A stretch of 64,000 nt of DNA from Acidobacteriota bacterium. Lineage in GTDB: Bacteria > Acidobacteriota > Thermoanaerobaculia > Gp7-AA8. The first letter of the stretch is position 1. The number at the start of each line of letters is the position of its first letter. The notes under the pieces are model-generated. The model saw nothing but the letters and a program-made list of their open reading frames with translations. It was not told the DNA's origin and searched no databases. The stretch spans positions 64,001 to 128,000 of the forward strand of contig JAFATB010000022.1 in NCBI GenBank assembly GCA_019244185.1. Reading direction: 5' to 3'. Positions 28,662 to 38,066 of the stretch are shown piece by piece. The position numbers and the translations under genes are program-made.

Positions 28662-28826
28662 ATGCGATCTACCGTGAATCGAATGATGCCTGCGGGGAGC
28701 GCACGGCGCGATTTCGCGGTCGTCGTCGGCGTCCTCCTGCTCGTCCTCGCCGCCGAGGCCTTCTATGTGATCCGGTTCGACCTCCAGGAGCGCAGCGCCG
28801 GTGCCGCCCGGCGCCCTTCGAGATGA
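28662..28826 (+). CDS. Possible short single-TM ORF or gene remnant
   Basis: MRSTVNRMMPAGSARRDFAVVVGVLLLVLAAEAFYVIRFD..., one hydrophobic helix, ending about 50 bp before an attC-like palindrome. In frame with the repeat-derived ORF 27951..28826. Confidence 0.25.
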   Translation: MRSTVNRMMPAGSARRDFAVVVGVLLLVLAAEAFYVIRFDLQERSAGAARRPSR

Positions 28827-28876
28827 CCGATCTCGCGCAGGCGCTCCGCATCGCGCTGGCGTGAGATTCACCGCAT

Positions 28877-28933
28877 GCAGCAAACGCTGCAGCTGACGCG
28901 TCACCGCGCAGCTGAGCGCGCAAGATCAACACG
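28877..28933 (+). repeat. Degenerate attC-like imperfect palindrome, copy 1
   Basis: GCAGCAAACGCTGCAGCTGACGCGTCACCGCGCAGCTGAGCGCGCAAGATCAACACG. The left arm carries two unpaired bases relative to the right. R-box AAC/GTT triplets are not canonical. Confidence 0.5.
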
Positions 28934-28952
28934 CGTTTTCAAGACGGCAGCG

Positions 28953-29252
28953 ATGACGGTTCAAACGCGTTTGTCGATTCTGACTCTCACCTGGATCGTC
29001 GGTGGCTTCACGACGGCGACGCTCGCTCTGTTCGTCTCTCCTTGGTTCTTGTTCGCGACAGCCTTCATCTTGTGCGTGACCGGTGTGCTCATCGAGCGGA
29101 CACGCTGTTCGCATTGTGGTCACCCCTTGCTGCGTCGCCATGTCCGCTTAGGGCCGTTGTCGATCCCGTACTACTGGACTACGGTGCCGGTGAACTGCGG
29201 TCGCTGCGCTTCTAGACAGCCCTCACGCGGCGTGCGTGTCGGTTCATGCTGA
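28953..29252 (+). CDS. Small orphan membrane protein with CxxC...CxxC zinc-ribbon
   Basis: Two TM helices followed by CSHCG...CGRC. Codon usage less GC3-biased than neighbours. Starts 20 bp after the attC-like site. Confidence 0.55.
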   Translation: MTVQTRLSILTLTWIVGGFTTATLALFVSPWFLFATAFILCVTGVLIERTRCSHCGHPLLRRHVRLGPLSIPYYWTTVPVNCGRCASRQPSRGVRVGSC

Positions 29253-29352
29253 CCTCGCCTCAGAATCCCGCGACCGACCACGCACCGTAACGAAGGTTTG
29301 ACCCTCTTCGCGACACTCCATATTGAGGCGACCGCTGGCGCGCGGTCCCGAC

Positions 29353-30741
29353 ATGAGTACTCCCGACGGGAACTTTCAGAGATTCCTGCAGGCGGCACCC
29401 GACGCAATCGTAGTGGTCGATGGTCGCGGTGTGATCGTCGGGACGAACGCGCTGACCGAGGAGATGTTCGGCTACGGGGCGGAAGAACTCCTCGGGCAGC
29501 GGGTGGAGTTGCTGATCCCGCAGCGCTTCCGCCAGGGTCACGAGCACGAACGCGATGCGTATGCGGCGGCGCCGCGCACGCGCCCGATGGGACTCGATCG
29601 CGAGTTGTGGGGACGGCGGAAGTCGGGACAGGAGTTTCTCGTCCAGATCAGCCTCAGTCCGATCGAGTCGGGCGGCGAGACGCTGGTGACGAGCATCATC
29701 CGCGACGTCACGACGCAGCGCGCGGCGGAAGCGCGTTTCCGGGCTCTGCTCGAATCCGCGCCGGACGGCATCGTCGTCGTCGACTCCTACGGCACGATCG
29801 TCATCGTCAACTCGCAGACCGAGCGGCTCTTCGGCTACACGCGTCAGGAACTCGTCGGCCAGCCGATCGAATTGCTCGTGCCCGAACGCGCGCGCGAGCG
29901 GCACACCGGCGAACGCGTCGCCTACGCGGCGGATCCCCGGCTGCGTCCGATGGGCGCGGGACGCGCGCTGAGCGGCCGCACGAAAGACGGGCGCGAGTTC
30001 CCGGTCGAGATCAGCCTCAGTCCGCTCGTCACCGATCAGGGCCGCATGGTGATGAGCATCGTGCGCGACATCACCGAGCGCCGGCATGCCGAGGAGACCA
30101 TCCGGGCGTCGCTGCGCGAGAAAGAAGCGATGCTCCGCGAGATCCATCATCGCGTGAAAAACAACCTGCAGGTCACCTCCAGCCTGCTGCGTCTTCAGGC
30201 CTCCGCCATCGACGATTCCGCGACGCGCCAGATCTTCGAAGAGACGGAGAACCGCATTCGCTCGATGGCGCTCGTGCACGAGAAGCTGTACCAGTCGACC
30301 GATCTCTCGCGCATCGATTTCGCCGATTACATCCGCTCGCTCGGGCTGCTGCTCTTCAACGGCTCCGCGCTGAATCCGGAGAAGATCGTGCTGCGCGTCG
30401 CCGGACCGCCGATCTTCCTCAGCATCGACGACACGGCGGTGCCGTGCGGTCTCATCATCAACGAGCTGCTCTCGAACGCGCTCAAGCATGCGTTCCCCGG
30501 CGGCCGCGCGGGCGAGATCCGCGTCGAGCTGACGGACGGCGCGGACGGTTGGATTCATGTGGTCGTGCGCGACGACGGCGTCGGCCTGCCGCCGGATTTC
30601 GACATGAACAAGGCGGAGACGCTCGGCCTGCGCCTCGTGCAGGGTCTCGCGCAGCAGATCGACGGCCGCGTCGCCGTCGAGCGCGGGCAGCGCGGCGCGA
30701 CGTTCGTCTTCGCGTTTCCGCGGGAACGGGTCCGTACATGA
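29353..30741 (+). CDS. PAS-PAS sensor histidine kinase (HisKA_2 type)
   Basis: Two near-duplicated PAS domains (APDAIVVVD / APDGIVVVD, RPMG), H-box REIHHRVKNNLQ, NELLSNALKHAF, DDGVG, LGLRLV. Confidence 0.9.
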   Translation: MSTPDGNFQRFLQAAPDAIVVVDGRGVIVGTNALTEEMFGYGAEELLGQRVELLIPQRFRQGHEHERDAYAAAPRTRPMGLDRELWGRRKSGQEFLVQISLSPIESGGETLVTSIIRDVTTQRAAEARFRALLESAPDGIVVVDSYGTIVIVNSQTERLFGYTRQELVGQPIELLVPERARERHTGERVAYAADPRLRPMGAGRALSGRTKDGREFPVEISLSPLVTDQGRMVMSIVRDITERRHAEETIRASLREKEAMLREIHHRVKNNLQVTSSLLRLQASAIDDSATRQIFEETENRIRSMALVHEKLYQSTDLSRIDFADYIRSLGLLLFNGSALNPEKIVLRVAGPPIFLSIDDTAVPCGLIINELLSNALKHAFPGGRAGEIRVELTDGADGWIHVVVRDDGVGLPPDFDMNKAETLGLRLVQGLAQQIDGRVAVERGQRGATFVFAFPRERVRT

Positions 30742-32654
30742 CCGCGCGCATTCTCGTCGTCGAAGACGAGACGATCGTGGCGATGGATCTCGCCGCGACG
30801 TTGCGCCGCCTCGGCTACAGCGTCGTCGGCACGGTCGACAACGGGAGCGACGCGATCAATGCCGCGGCGGCGCTGCACCCCGACCTCGTGCTGATGGACA
30901 TCCGCATCAAGGGTCCGACGGACGGCATCGAGACCGCGCGGCTGCTGCACGGCGAACAGTCCGCGCCGGTCGTGTTTCTCACCGCGCACGCGGATGTCGA
31001 CACCGTCGAACGCTCGAAGCTCGCCGCGCCGTACGGCTATCTCGTCAAGCCGTTCGACGAGCGTGCGCTGCACCGCGTCGTGGAGGTCGCACTGCAACGC
31101 ATCGCCGCCGACCGCGCCGAGCGCGAGGAAGCCGCCGACGCGCTCTGGCACAGCGAGCAGCGCTTCCGCCTGCTCGTCGACGCGGTCAAGGACTTCGCGA
31201 TCTTTACACTCGATCCCAGCGGCCGCGTGGCGACGTGGAACGCCGGCGCCGAGCGGCTGACCGGCTACTCCGCGGAAGACGTCCTCGCCAAGCCGATCGA
31301 TCTCATCCGGCCGCGCGACGCCACGCCGCTGGCCGAGATCTTCCCGCGCGTGCACGAAGAGGGAAGCGCGGAATGGGACGGCACCGGCATCCGCAAAGAC
31401 GGCACGCGCTATCTCTTCCACGCGTACTGCACGACCATGAAGACGCGTAGCGGACAGACGCTCGGCTATGTCTTCGTCTCGCGCGACGTCACCGAGCAGC
31501 GCAGCCTCGAGGCGCAGCTCGCGCAGGCGCAGAAGCTCGAGTCCCTCGGCCATCTCGCCGGCGGCGTCGCGCACGACTTCAACAACATGCTGATGGTGAT
31601 CTTCTCGCGCACCGACCTGCTGCTGCGCGAGGTGACGGTCGAACGGCAGCGCCGCTATCTGGGCGACATCCGCGCCGCCGCGGCGAAGAACCGCGATCTC
31701 ACGCAGCAGCTACTCGCCGCCGCGCGCCAGCAGGTGCTCGAGCCACAGATCGTCAATATCAACGAGATCATCGCCTCCGCGGTCCGGCTGCTGCGGCCGA
31801 CGCTCGGCGAGCAACTCGACATCCACGTCGAGCTCGAGGAGCCGCTGTGGAGCGTCTACGCCGACGCCGGCAAGCTGCATCAGGTGCTGATGAACCTCTC
31901 CATCAACGCGCGCGATGCGATGCCGGACGGCGGCACGCTGATGATCGAGAGCCGCAACGTGCGCGTCGACGCGTCGTACTCGCGGCTGCACATCGGATTG
32001 CGCGAAGGCGATTACGTCGCGCTCATCGTCACCGATACCGGCACCGGGATCCCGCAGTCCGTGCGCGAGCGCATCTACGATCCGTTCTTCACCACGAAGG
32101 AACCCGGGCGCGGCACCGGCCTCGGCCTCGCCGTCGTGCGCGGCATCGTCGAGCAGACCGGCGGTCATATCTGGATGTACAGTGAGGAAGGGCGCGGGAC
32201 GACGTTCAAGCTGTTCTTCCCGCGCCACGCCGGCGACGCGCGGCGCGAGCCCGTGCCCGACGACCTCGCGCCCGCGCACGGCGACGAGACAATCCTGCTC
32301 GTCGAGGACGAAGACCTGCTCCGCGCCGTCACGCGCGAGGCGCTCGAGGAGCAGGGCTATCGCGTGCTCGCCGCGCGCATGCCCGCCGAGGCGCTGACGC
32401 TGGTCGAAAACTTCCCGGGCACGATCCACCTGCTGCTGACGGACGTGATCATGCCCGGCATGACCGGCAAAGACCTCGCGGCACGCCTCGTCGCGTTACG
32501 CCCATCGATCCACGTCGTCTTCATGTCCGGCTACACGAGCAGCTCGATGATGAATCACACGAAACTCCCGCCGAGCGTGCGCTATCTCGAGAAGCCCATC
32601 CCGACGACGCTCCTCCTGCGCACGCTGCGCGAGATGCTCGACCGGAAGGAATAG
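30738..32654 (+). CDS. Hybrid REC-PAS-HisKA-HATPase-REC sensor kinase
   Basis: Start MTARILVVEDE with ATGA overlap. DLVLMDI, GGVAHDFNN, NARDAM, DTGTG, PFFTTK, GTGLGL, and C-terminal receiver LLLTDVIMP. Confidence 0.92.
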   Translation: MTARILVVEDETIVAMDLAATLRRLGYSVVGTVDNGSDAINAAAALHPDLVLMDIRIKGPTDGIETARLLHGEQSAPVVFLTAHADVDTVERSKLAAPYGYLVKPFDERALHRVVEVALQRIAADRAEREEAADALWHSEQRFRLLVDAVKDFAIFTLDPSGRVATWNAGAERLTGYSAEDVLAKPIDLIRPRDATPLAEIFPRVHEEGSAEWDGTGIRKDGTRYLFHAYCTTMKTRSGQTLGYVFVSRDVTEQRSLEAQLAQAQKLESLGHLAGGVAHDFNNMLMVIFSRTDLLLREVTVERQRRYLGDIRAAAAKNRDLTQQLLAAARQQVLEPQIVNINEIIASAVRLLRPTLGEQLDIHVELEEPLWSVYADAGKLHQVLMNLSINARDAMPDGGTLMIESRNVRVDASYSRLHIGLREGDYVALIVTDTGTGIPQSVRERIYDPFFTTKEPGRGTGLGLAVVRGIVEQTGGHIWMYSEEGRGTTFKLFFPRHAGDARREPVPDDLAPAHGDETILLVEDEDLLRAVTREALEEQGYRVLAARMPAEALTLVENFPGTIHLLLTDVIMPGMTGKDLAARLVALRPSIHVVFMSGYTSSSMMNHTKLPPSVRYLEKPIPTTLLLRTLREMLDRKE

Positions 32655-32861
32655 CGTCTCGTTCGCCGCACCACGAACGCGCGTAAGATCAACACGTACG
32701 GCGCGGCATCTCACGCGGCGGCGCTGTCATTGACTTGCACCGGAGGGTTGCTGAGCTCAGTGCTGAGCGGGATCGGGCCGTTTGCGAACGTGATGCCCAC
32801 GTTCTTCCCTGGGACGCTTCAGGATGAACTGGAAGCAACAGACAGCGAAGGGCATTGAGTC

Positions 32862-33176
32862 ATGCGGCATCTTCTGGGGATCTTGATCGCTGCGGCTGCG
32901 ACCACCGTCGTTTTAGCGATGGGGTGGTCATGGTTTAGTCGTGCTCGGCGGACGCGCCTCGCTCTGTTCTCCGCAGGGATTGCCTGCGTGCTATGGGTCG
33001 TGGCCGTTGGTATCTGGAGAAATCAGCACGCGGCCGCTTTCCCAGCAATCTATCCGACATGGTTCAACTTCGTGTTGCCAGCATTGGCTGCCGTGCCAGG
33101 TGCCGTCATTGGCGTTGTCATCCTGCTTGCCGGCCGAACCGGGAAAGCTCGGCTGAACAAGCGCGTACATGGTTGA
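32862..33176 (+). CDS. Small orphan 3-TM membrane protein
   Basis: 104 aa, three hydrophobic segments, visibly lower GC than flanks, lying between attC-like remnants. Confidence 0.55.
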   Translation: MRHLLGILIAAAATTVVLAMGWSWFSRARRTRLALFSAGIACVLWVVAVGIWRNQHAAAFPAIYPTWFNFVLPALAAVPGAVIGVVILLAGRTGKARLNKRVHG

Positions 33177-33259
33177 CATGCCTCGGTAACCCGGACGGGT
33201 ATGCACGTGCCGCGGAGTCGGGCGGTGTTGACGCGCAAGAGAGCCTCGCACGACTAGTC

Positions 33260-33310
33260 GCAGCAAACGCGCTGCAGCTGACGCGTTACCGCGCAGCTGA
33301 GCGCGCGCAA
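33260..33310 (+). repeat. Degenerate attC-like imperfect palindrome, copy 2
   Basis: GCAGCAAACGCGCTGCAGCTGACGCGTTACCGCGCAGCTGAGCGCGCGCAA, near-identical to 28877-28923. Confidence 0.5.
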
Positions 33311-33311
33311 T

Positions 33312-33344
33312 CCCGTGTGGCGGCGCGTTGCGCCGCCACACGGG
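33312..33344 (-). terminator. GC-rich hairpin, probable terminator of the minus-strand VPS10 gene
   Basis: Perfect 15-bp inverted repeat CCCGTGTGGCGGCGC-GTT-GCGCCGCCACACGGG, 7 bp past the stop codon. No long U-tract. Confidence 0.6.
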
Positions 33345-33351
33345 CGTCGGC

Positions 33352-36300
33352 CTATTGCGGTGGCCAGGTCGGGATGCGTCCCGGGGTCCATGGCGCGTCG
33401 GCGGCGTTGAGTTGCTTCTCGATGTTCGCCAGGTCGACGGTGATGGTCTGGCGGAGTTTGGCGAGGAACGGGCCGAAGTCGCGCTCGGCGATGGCGAGGG
33501 CTTCGCGGTGCGTCGTGGTCGGGGGTTGGGTGGTGCCGAGGCCGTTGATGGCGGTGTTGATGCGATCGAGGAGGGCGGGGGGGGTGGGCTCGTTGCGGGC
33601 GCGGATGGTGGCGTTGCCGTTGAGCTGCTCGTCGAGGTCGCGCAGGGTGTTGTCGACGGCGTTCACTTTCGCGAGGAGATTCTGGTCGGGACCATCGATT
33701 TGATCGAGGGCGCGGCGGATGTGCTGCACGCGCGTGCGCGCCTCGTCGAGCGCGCCGGCGGCGCCCATGGCGGCCTTCTGCAGGCGTGAGGCTTTCTGCT
33801 GGAACGCGAGGACGTCCTTGCGGTCGGACTCGTTGAACAATGCGAGATAGAGCGGCGTGACGTTCACCGTCTGCGCCTCGCCGATCGGCGTCTCCACGCC
33901 GTCGACGCGCTTCACAAGCCGCACGGTGTACTTGCCGGGCGCGGCGAGCGGGCCGGTGGGCGGCGGCGAGAAGACGTCCGGCTCGCTCGGCTCGAGCTCG
34001 ATGGGCGACGGCGGCGGATAGCGGAGATCCCACGCCACGCGATGGAAGCCCGCGGTCACGGGTCCGGTCACGCGGCGCACGACGTTGCCCTCGTCATCGC
34101 TGACCACCAGCACGATCGCCGGCTCGACCTCGCGCTCCTCGGCGCGCAGTTGTTCCCACGTCGGATACGGCGGCGGCTCGTTGCCGCCGTCCTTCTCGAT
34201 GCGCGCTTCCTCCGCCCAGCGCTGTTTGCGTTTGCTCTTCAGCTCATCGCGCAGGTAGTAGGTGAGCGTCGCGCCGAACGGAGGATTGGGCGCGGTGAAG
34301 TACGTGTCGCCCTGGAACGAGCGGCCGGGGAGTCCGAGCTGCAGGCGTTCGACGTACAGCTCCGCATCGCGCGGCGCGAAGACGGTGGCCTCGTTCTTCG
34401 ACGCGGCCTGCGTCATCGTGCGCAGCGGGCGATAGTCGTCGAGCACGTAGATGCCGCGTCCGAACGTGGCCACCACGAGATCGTTGCGGCGCTTCTGGAT
34501 CCAGAGGTCGCGCACGGCGATCGTCGGCAGTCCGCCCTTCAGCTGAATCCAGTTCCCGCCGCCGTTTTGCGAAAAGTACAGACCGTACTCGGTGCCGGCG
34601 AAGAGCAGGTTCGGGTCGACCGGATCCTCGACGAGCGCGTACGTCGTGCCGCGCTGCGGCAGGTCGCCGTTGATCGAATGCCACGTCGCGCCTCGGTCCG
34701 TGCTCTTGAGGAGATACGGTTTGAAGTCGCCGGTCTTGTGATTGTCGAACGCGGCGTAGACCGTGTTCGCGTCGTGCTGCGAGGCCTCGAGGCGCGAGAC
34801 GTACGTGACGTCGGGCACGCCGGGGAAGTGGTCGACCTTGCGCCAGTGCGCGCCGCCGTCTTCGGTGACCTGCACGAGACCGTCGTCGGTGCCGACGTAG
34901 AGCAGCCCTTCCTGCTTCGGTGACTCCGCGAGCGAGACGATGTTGCCGTAGAACGACGTCGACGAATTCTTCGCCACCGCGTCGATGCCCCACACGCGTC
35001 CCATGACCGACAGCGTGTTGCGGTTGATGTGGCGCGTGAGATCGCCGCTGATCGGCTTCCACGTGTTGCCGCGGTCGTCGCTGCGGAAGAGGTACTGCGC
35101 GGCGAAGTAGAGGCGGTTGCTGTCGAACGGCGAAACAATGAGCGGCGAGTCCCAGTTCAGGCGCAGCGGCTCGAGATCGCCGGTCGGCTGCGGCTGGATG
35201 TCGAGCGCCTCGCCGGTGCGTTTGTCGAAGCGCGCCAGGCCGCCGTTCTGCGACTCCGCGTAGATGATGTTCGGGTCTTTCGGATCGGGGATCGAACGGA
35301 AGCCGTCGCCGCCGATGGTCACGTACCAGTCGGCATTCGTGATGCCGTTGCCCGACGCGGTGCGCGCGGGGCCGCCGACGCTGAAGTTGTCCTGCGTGCC
35401 GCCGTACACGTGGTAGAACGGCTGCGTGTCGTCGGCGCTCACGCGATAGAACTGCGTCAGCGGCAGGTTCGACTTGAACTCCCACGTCGCGGCGCGGTCG
35501 TAGCTCTCATAGAGGCCGCCGTCGCAGCCGATGAGCAGGTGATCGCTGTTCGACGGATCGACCCACACCACGTGGTTGTCGGGATGCTTGGCGTGCTCGT
35601 CGAGCTGCCGCCAGGTTTTGCCGCCGTCGTCGCTGACGCGCATCCAGACGTCGACCGAGTAGATGCGCTCGGCGTCGTTCGGATCGAGGAAGATCTCGCC
35701 GTAGTACTGCGCGCCGGGCGCGGAGTAGGAGCTCATCTTCTCCCAGTTCGCGCCGCCGTCCTTCGAGCGGAAGAAGCCGCCGGTGCGGCGCGACGCTTCG
35801 ATGGTCGCGTAGATCGTCTTCGGCTCCTGCACCGGGATGGCGAGACCAATGCGGCCCATTTGTTCTTTCGGCAAGCCGGTCGTGAGCTTCGTCCACGTCG
35901 CGCCGGCATCGGTCGATTTGTAGATCGCCGATTCGGGGCCGCCGTTGATGAGCGTGAAGACGTGGCGGCGGCGCTGATACGCGGTCGCGTACAGCACGTC
36001 GGGATTGCCGGGCTCGAACACGACGTCGGAGACGCCGGTGTTCTCGCTGATCGTCAGCGCGGCCTTCCACGTCTTGCCGCCGTCGGTGGTCTTGTACAGA
36101 CCGCGATCGCCGCCGGGCGCCCACAGCGGTCCCTGCGCGGCGACGTAGACGACCTTCGAGTCGCGCGGATCGACGACGATCTTGCCGATGTGCTCGGACT
36201 TGCCGAGGCCGACGTTCTTCCACGACTTGCCGCCGTCGACGGACTTGTAGACGCCGTCGCCGATCGAGACCGAGCGCTGGCTGTTGTTCTCGCCGCTGCC

Positions 36301-36681
36301 GACCCACACCACGAGCGAGTCGTTCGGATCGATGGTGACGCAGCCGATCGAGAACGAGCCTTCGTCCTCGAAGATCGGATTGAAGGTCGTGCCGTTGTTC
36401 GTCGTCTTCCAGACGCCGCCGGAAGCCGACGCGATGTACCACGTGCGGCGGTCGCGCGGATCGACGGCGAGGTCGACGATGCGTCCGGAGGTGAATGCGG
36501 GACCGATCGAGCGCAGCTCGAGTCCGGAGAAAAGACCCGAGTCGTATTTCGGTTCGGTGCTGGTGGTGGAGCTCGTTTTCGCCGCAGTGTTTTTCGCGGC
36601 CGTTTTCGGCGGCGCGGCGGCGAGCGGAAGCGAAAGGCAGGCGGCGGTGACGAGGGCGAGACCGAGCGTCGTGCGTTTCAT
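33352..36681 (-). CDS. Secreted VPS10/BNR-repeat glycosyl hydrolase-like protein
   Basis: Signal peptide MKRTTLGLAL, LRSIGPAFTSGRI, many Asp boxes, GGTQDN, VATFGRG, helical C-terminus. Confidence 0.88.
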   Translation of the reverse strand: MKRTTLGLALVTAACLSLPLAAAPPKTAAKNTAAKTSSTTSTEPKYDSGLFSGLELRSIGPAFTSGRIVDLAVDPRDRRTWYIASASGGVWKTTNNGTTFNPIFEDEGSFSIGCVTIDPNDSLVVWVGSGENNSQRSVSIGDGVYKSVDGGKSWKNVGLGKSEHIGKIVVDPRDSKVVYVAAQGPLWAPGGDRGLYKTTDGGKTWKAALTISENTGVSDVVFEPGNPDVLYATAYQRRRHVFTLINGGPESAIYKSTDAGATWTKLTTGLPKEQMGRIGLAIPVQEPKTIYATIEASRRTGGFFRSKDGGANWEKMSSYSAPGAQYYGEIFLDPNDAERIYSVDVWMRVSDDGGKTWRQLDEHAKHPDNHVVWVDPSNSDHLLIGCDGGLYESYDRAATWEFKSNLPLTQFYRVSADDTQPFYHVYGGTQDNFSVGGPARTASGNGITNADWYVTIGGDGFRSIPDPKDPNIIYAESQNGGLARFDKRTGEALDIQPQPTGDLEPLRLNWDSPLIVSPFDSNRLYFAAQYLFRSDDRGNTWKPISGDLTRHINRNTLSVMGRVWGIDAVAKNSSTSFYGNIVSLAESPKQEGLLYVGTDDGLVQVTEDGGAHWRKVDHFPGVPDVTYVSRLEASQHDANTVYAAFDNHKTGDFKPYLLKSTDRGATWHSINGDLPQRGTTYALVEDPVDPNLLFAGTEYGLYFSQNGGGNWIQLKGGLPTIAVRDLWIQKRRNDLVVATFGRGIYVLDDYRPLRTMTQAASKNEATVFAPRDAELYVERLQLGLPGRSFQGDTYFTAPNPPFGATLTYYLRDELKSKRKQRWAEEARIEKDGGNEPPPYPTWEQLRAEEREVEPAIVLVVSDDEGNVVRRVTGPVTAGFHRVAWDLRYPPPSPIELEPSEPDVFSPPPTGPLAAPGKYTVRLVKRVDGVETPIGEAQTVNVTPLYLALFNESDRKDVLAFQQKASRLQKAAMGAAGALDEARTRVQHIRRALDQIDGPDQNLLAKVNAVDNTLRDLDEQLNGNATIRARNEPTPPALLDRINTAINGLGTTQPPTTTHREALAIAERDFGPFLAKLRQTITVDLANIEKQLNAADAPWTPGRIPTWPPQ

Positions 36682-36742
36682 CGCGCGCCATGCTACCGCC
36701 GCCCCGCCGCCGCGAGTACACCGTTTTGCTACGATTCGCACC

Positions 36743-38050
36743 ATGCGCGCGCCGATTTTCTCGCTCGTTCTCTGTCTCGCCGCCGCCGCCGCGTCCGCGC
36801 AGATGCTCGATACCGAGGTCTGGGTCGGGACGCTCGATCAGCATGACGGCGGTTTCGCCGTCGCGAATCTCGAGAACGTGTCGAAGCACGCCGGCTACGA
36901 CAATCAGCCCGCGTTCTTTCCCGACGGCGCGACCCTCGTCTACACCTCCGAGGTCGCCGACGTCGCCGAAACAGGCCTCGGCCTCAACGCGGTGCTCTAC
37001 GAACTGCGCACGCACACCGCCACGCCGCTCCCCGATGCGAAAGGCTTCAGCCCCACCCCCACCTCCGATGGCAAGCAACTCATGCTCCTTCGCCTCGGCG
37101 GCGTGTTCCTCCACGACCGTGCGACCGGCAAGGAAATCGCGCCGCTCACGGACACGAAGACCGCCGGCTACTACAACCGCATCGACGACAAGACGTGGGT
37201 GCTCTTCCTCAACGAAGAGACGCGCGGCATCGCGTTGTACGACCCGAAGACGAAAGCACTGACGAAAGTCGCCACCGGCGCCGTCACCGCGCCGTATCGC
37301 GTGATGGGCAAACGCGCGGTGACGTTCGCCGCGGAAGAGCCGTTCCCCGCGCCGGAGCACGTCGACTCGAAGCTCGTGTTGCGGCAGCTCGATCTCAAGA
37401 CGAAGCAGGTGACGACGCTGGCCACGATTCCGTTCGCCACCGGCGGACATCACGTCTGGATCGCGCCCGACAAACTGCTGATGGCGTCGGGCAACACGAT
37501 CTACGCGTGGAGCCCCGCGCATCCCGACGCGTGGAACGTCGTGCATCGCTTCGACGAGCCCGACCTCCAGGGCATCACGCGCCTCGCGATCAGTCCCGCG
37601 GGCGATCGCATCGCGCTCGTCTCGGTGCCGCGCGCGGAGACGGTGATCCGCGACACGCGCGCGCAATCGAACGCCGCGCTGGCCGCGCATCAGACGGACG
37701 CAGTCGTAAGTCTCATGGCGAAGGATGCGCGCGTCCTCGCCGCGAACGGCGCCGCGTACGACGGGCGCGACGCGATCGTGAAGTCGCTCACCGAGCGCTT
37801 CGCGCAGCACCCCGACGTCGTCTACGTGCGAACTCCCGACGCGATCGAGGTCGCCCGCGACGGCGCGACGGCGGCCGAGCACGGAACATGGACGGCGCAC
37901 TGGACGAAGCCCGCGGGCGCGGCCGAAGCCCGCGGCACGTACCTCGCCTCATGGCGCGGTACGGACGCGGGCAACGGCACGCGCTCGTGGGTCATTCAGT
38001 CGGAGTTGTTCGTGCCGCTCGACTGCAGCGGCGGGGGCTGCAAGCCGTAA
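36743..38050 (+). CDS. Secreted TolB/PD40-like beta-propeller fused to a SnoaL/DUF4440 domain
   Basis: Signal peptide, GYDNQPAFFPDG, ITRLAISPAGDRIALV, then an NTF2-like domain (SNAALAAH...AAEHGTW...GTYLASW). Confidence 0.7.
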   Translation: MRAPIFSLVLCLAAAAASAQMLDTEVWVGTLDQHDGGFAVANLENVSKHAGYDNQPAFFPDGATLVYTSEVADVAETGLGLNAVLYELRTHTATPLPDAKGFSPTPTSDGKQLMLLRLGGVFLHDRATGKEIAPLTDTKTAGYYNRIDDKTWVLFLNEETRGIALYDPKTKALTKVATGAVTAPYRVMGKRAVTFAAEEPFPAPEHVDSKLVLRQLDLKTKQVTTLATIPFATGGHHVWIAPDKLLMASGNTIYAWSPAHPDAWNVVHRFDEPDLQGITRLAISPAGDRIALVSVPRAETVIRDTRAQSNAALAAHQTDAVVSLMAKDARVLAANGAAYDGRDAIVKSLTERFAQHPDVVYVRTPDAIEVARDGATAAEHGTWTAHWTKPAGAAEARGTYLASWRGTDAGNGTRSWVIQSELFVPLDCSGGGCKP

Positions 38051-38066
38051 TGGCTCGTGTCGCTGG

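Noticed and set aside
29353-30100. Internal DNA-level duplication in the sensor kinase
   Set aside because: Simply two tandem PAS domains, a common architecture.
23436-36681. Two VPS10/BNR-repeat proteins as a novel system
   Set aside because: Such paralogues are common in Acidobacteria-like genomes, and here they are in separate convergent units.
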